Below are positions 62,301-64,000 of a DNA stretch of 64,000 nt, piece after piece. The DNA comes from Octopus bimaculoides (taxonomy: Eukaryota). A program made the translations under genes and the position numbers. Numbering within the stretch: position 1 is the first letter of the stretch; each line of letters starts with the position of its first letter. Below the pieces are notes generated by a model. It did not search any database, was not told where the DNA came from, and saw only the letters and a program-made list of their open reading frames with translations. The stretch is taken from positions 730,730 through 794,729 of the forward strand of contig NC_068993.1 in assembly GCF_001194135.2 (NCBI RefSeq), read 5' to 3'.

Positions 62301-64000
62301 AATTGATAACGATAGTGATTGAATACAGATAGGTTGAATTTCATTCTTCTTTACATGAGAAGTGAATGTACATAAATTCACTTCTCAACCAAACAATCTG
62401 TCCATTATTTATCTTCTGAGTCTTTGCTCTAAGTGACTGAACAAATCAGTGAGCAGTGAGAGTTCTTTAGTCTTACACAGTACATGGCCACCTCTCTAGT
62501 GCTAGTGCCAAGATAAAGTACACCCTGTACATTTCCATAGTTTGATTGGTAAATGAGTGGAGAATGATTCATAGTCTTTAGTCTCATTGAGGATGTGTCT
62601 GGTTTTTACTTTCTTTCGAACCAACTCGGATTTCCAGCTCTGAACCACAATATCCCCATATGCCATAAAAGGCATGGCTAACCCATTGAGAGGCCAGAGA
62701 ACCTATGTAAATGTTTACTGGCTGCCCAGTATTTGTTGGTGTGTATCAGTCAACAGAGGGCAAACATCAAAGGAAAGTTACAGAAGTTTTTCCTGCCAAT
62801 TTGTAATTGAAAGATTCTAGAAAGTCCTTGACCCCCCACAAGGACCTGACAATCTCACTTGTGCTGGTGTTATGATAAAAAGACACTCAGTCACTCTGTA
62901 AAATGGTTGGTGATAGGAAGAGCATCCAGCTGTAGACACCAAGCAAGAAATGAAACGATTCTGACCTCTGAACCATAGCAACTCTTCTGACTCATGCTTG
63001 CATGGAAAGCAGGCATAGAATGATGATGATGATGATGATGATGAAACAATATCATGCAGGTTATAAATTTATACACAAAACTACAACTAAGAACGTTTAT
63101 AGATTGTAAAATTATTGCAGATTCTTTAGATTACTTAACTAATATCTAAAATTTAATTAAAACATATTTAAAATTATTTCTAGCTTTGAAATCTCACTTT
63201 AAAATAATTTATCTGAAGTAGTATAAACTCAAATATTTACAAAAGAATATAATTGAATTCCTTCACACTATTCCTCCGTATATACCTGGTACATATTTTA
63301 TTCGTTCTGGTGGGATTAAAACCAAATTGACTAAGGAAGGAACCCAGAAACTAGGAATTCGAAATCCTCAACAAAAAATAGTTGTTTAGCCTTAGGTCAG
63401 CCCCGTCATTTAAGACAATCCATCTGTGACCACCATCTGTTATTATATACCAAGTTCGACAAATTTTCAGTCTCCTTTCATTTGAAGATAGTAGATTGTG
63501 ATTGGAAGGGAGGTAGGATGTTGACTGCTATTTTTAGCCGGTCAAACGGCCATGTAGAGTTCGCAGTGATTCTACAAATGTTACTGTTTAACCTCAGATC
63601 AGCAGACCTATAATGAAAGGCATTCCAGTCACAACCAACCCCTCTTATTCCCATGCATAGAGAACTCAAGATTATATTATCCAGCACCTCCATTTTTTAA
63701 AAGACGATGTGATTTGGCTGCTATTTCTAGCAGACTACATTGACGCTGAATCTTTGGCTCTACAGCAGTGACTGATAGTGGTAATGTTCAACTGTCTCTA
63801 CAGAGGCTTTCTAGTCACACCATTTCTCTAGCTAATAGACAAAGCCATGAATCAACACATCATATAAGTCTGTTATTTATTTTATGAAACTGAGACGAGG
63901 AATAAATGAAGAACCACATTGATTCCAAGAAGGAAAATAATATCGAGAGAAGATATTCCGGAACTTTACGACGAAGTTCGGAAGAACGAGTCGAAGATTG

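Noticed and set aside
62356-62387. 12-bp hairpin tgagaagtgaat/attcacttctca
   Set aside because: Short, beside a decayed element, and no Helitron CTRR end was found.

Overview
AT-rich, repeat-laden eukaryotic scaffold with five N-gaps. The repeat content (tRNA-derived SINEs, RTE-type LINE, mariner and Penelope-like remnants, abundant microsatellites) resembles an octopus or other coleoid cephalopod genome; the species is an inference. One intact protein-coding gene is well supported: a neurocalcin-type neuronal calcium sensor on the + strand, CDS 42336-42713 joined to 47210-47407 (191 aa, N-myristoylation motif, 4 EF-hands). A CpG-retaining promoter-like region with a candidate exon at 7712-8036 probably supplies its 5' end across a ~34-kb intron, and a ~7-9 kb SINE-poor AT-rich tract after the stop looks like a very long 3' UTR. 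Most notable observations: (1) an upstream ATG (7803) stays open to the donor and splices exactly in frame to neurocalcin, predicting an 85-aa N-terminally extended, non-myristoylatable isoform; (2) a 68-bp-arm foldback at 54758-54900 whose differences are biased to G-U pairs on the gene's strand and which embeds a degenerate hammerhead-like motif; (3) a tRNA-headed SINE enclosed by 70-bp inverted repeats that overlap a hammerhead-like core; (4) two further long hairpins; (5) decayed coding-like remnants with a death-fold-like pattern. Almost all ORFs in the supplied track are microsatellite, N-gap or chance ORFs. All analysis was by eye, with no database searches.
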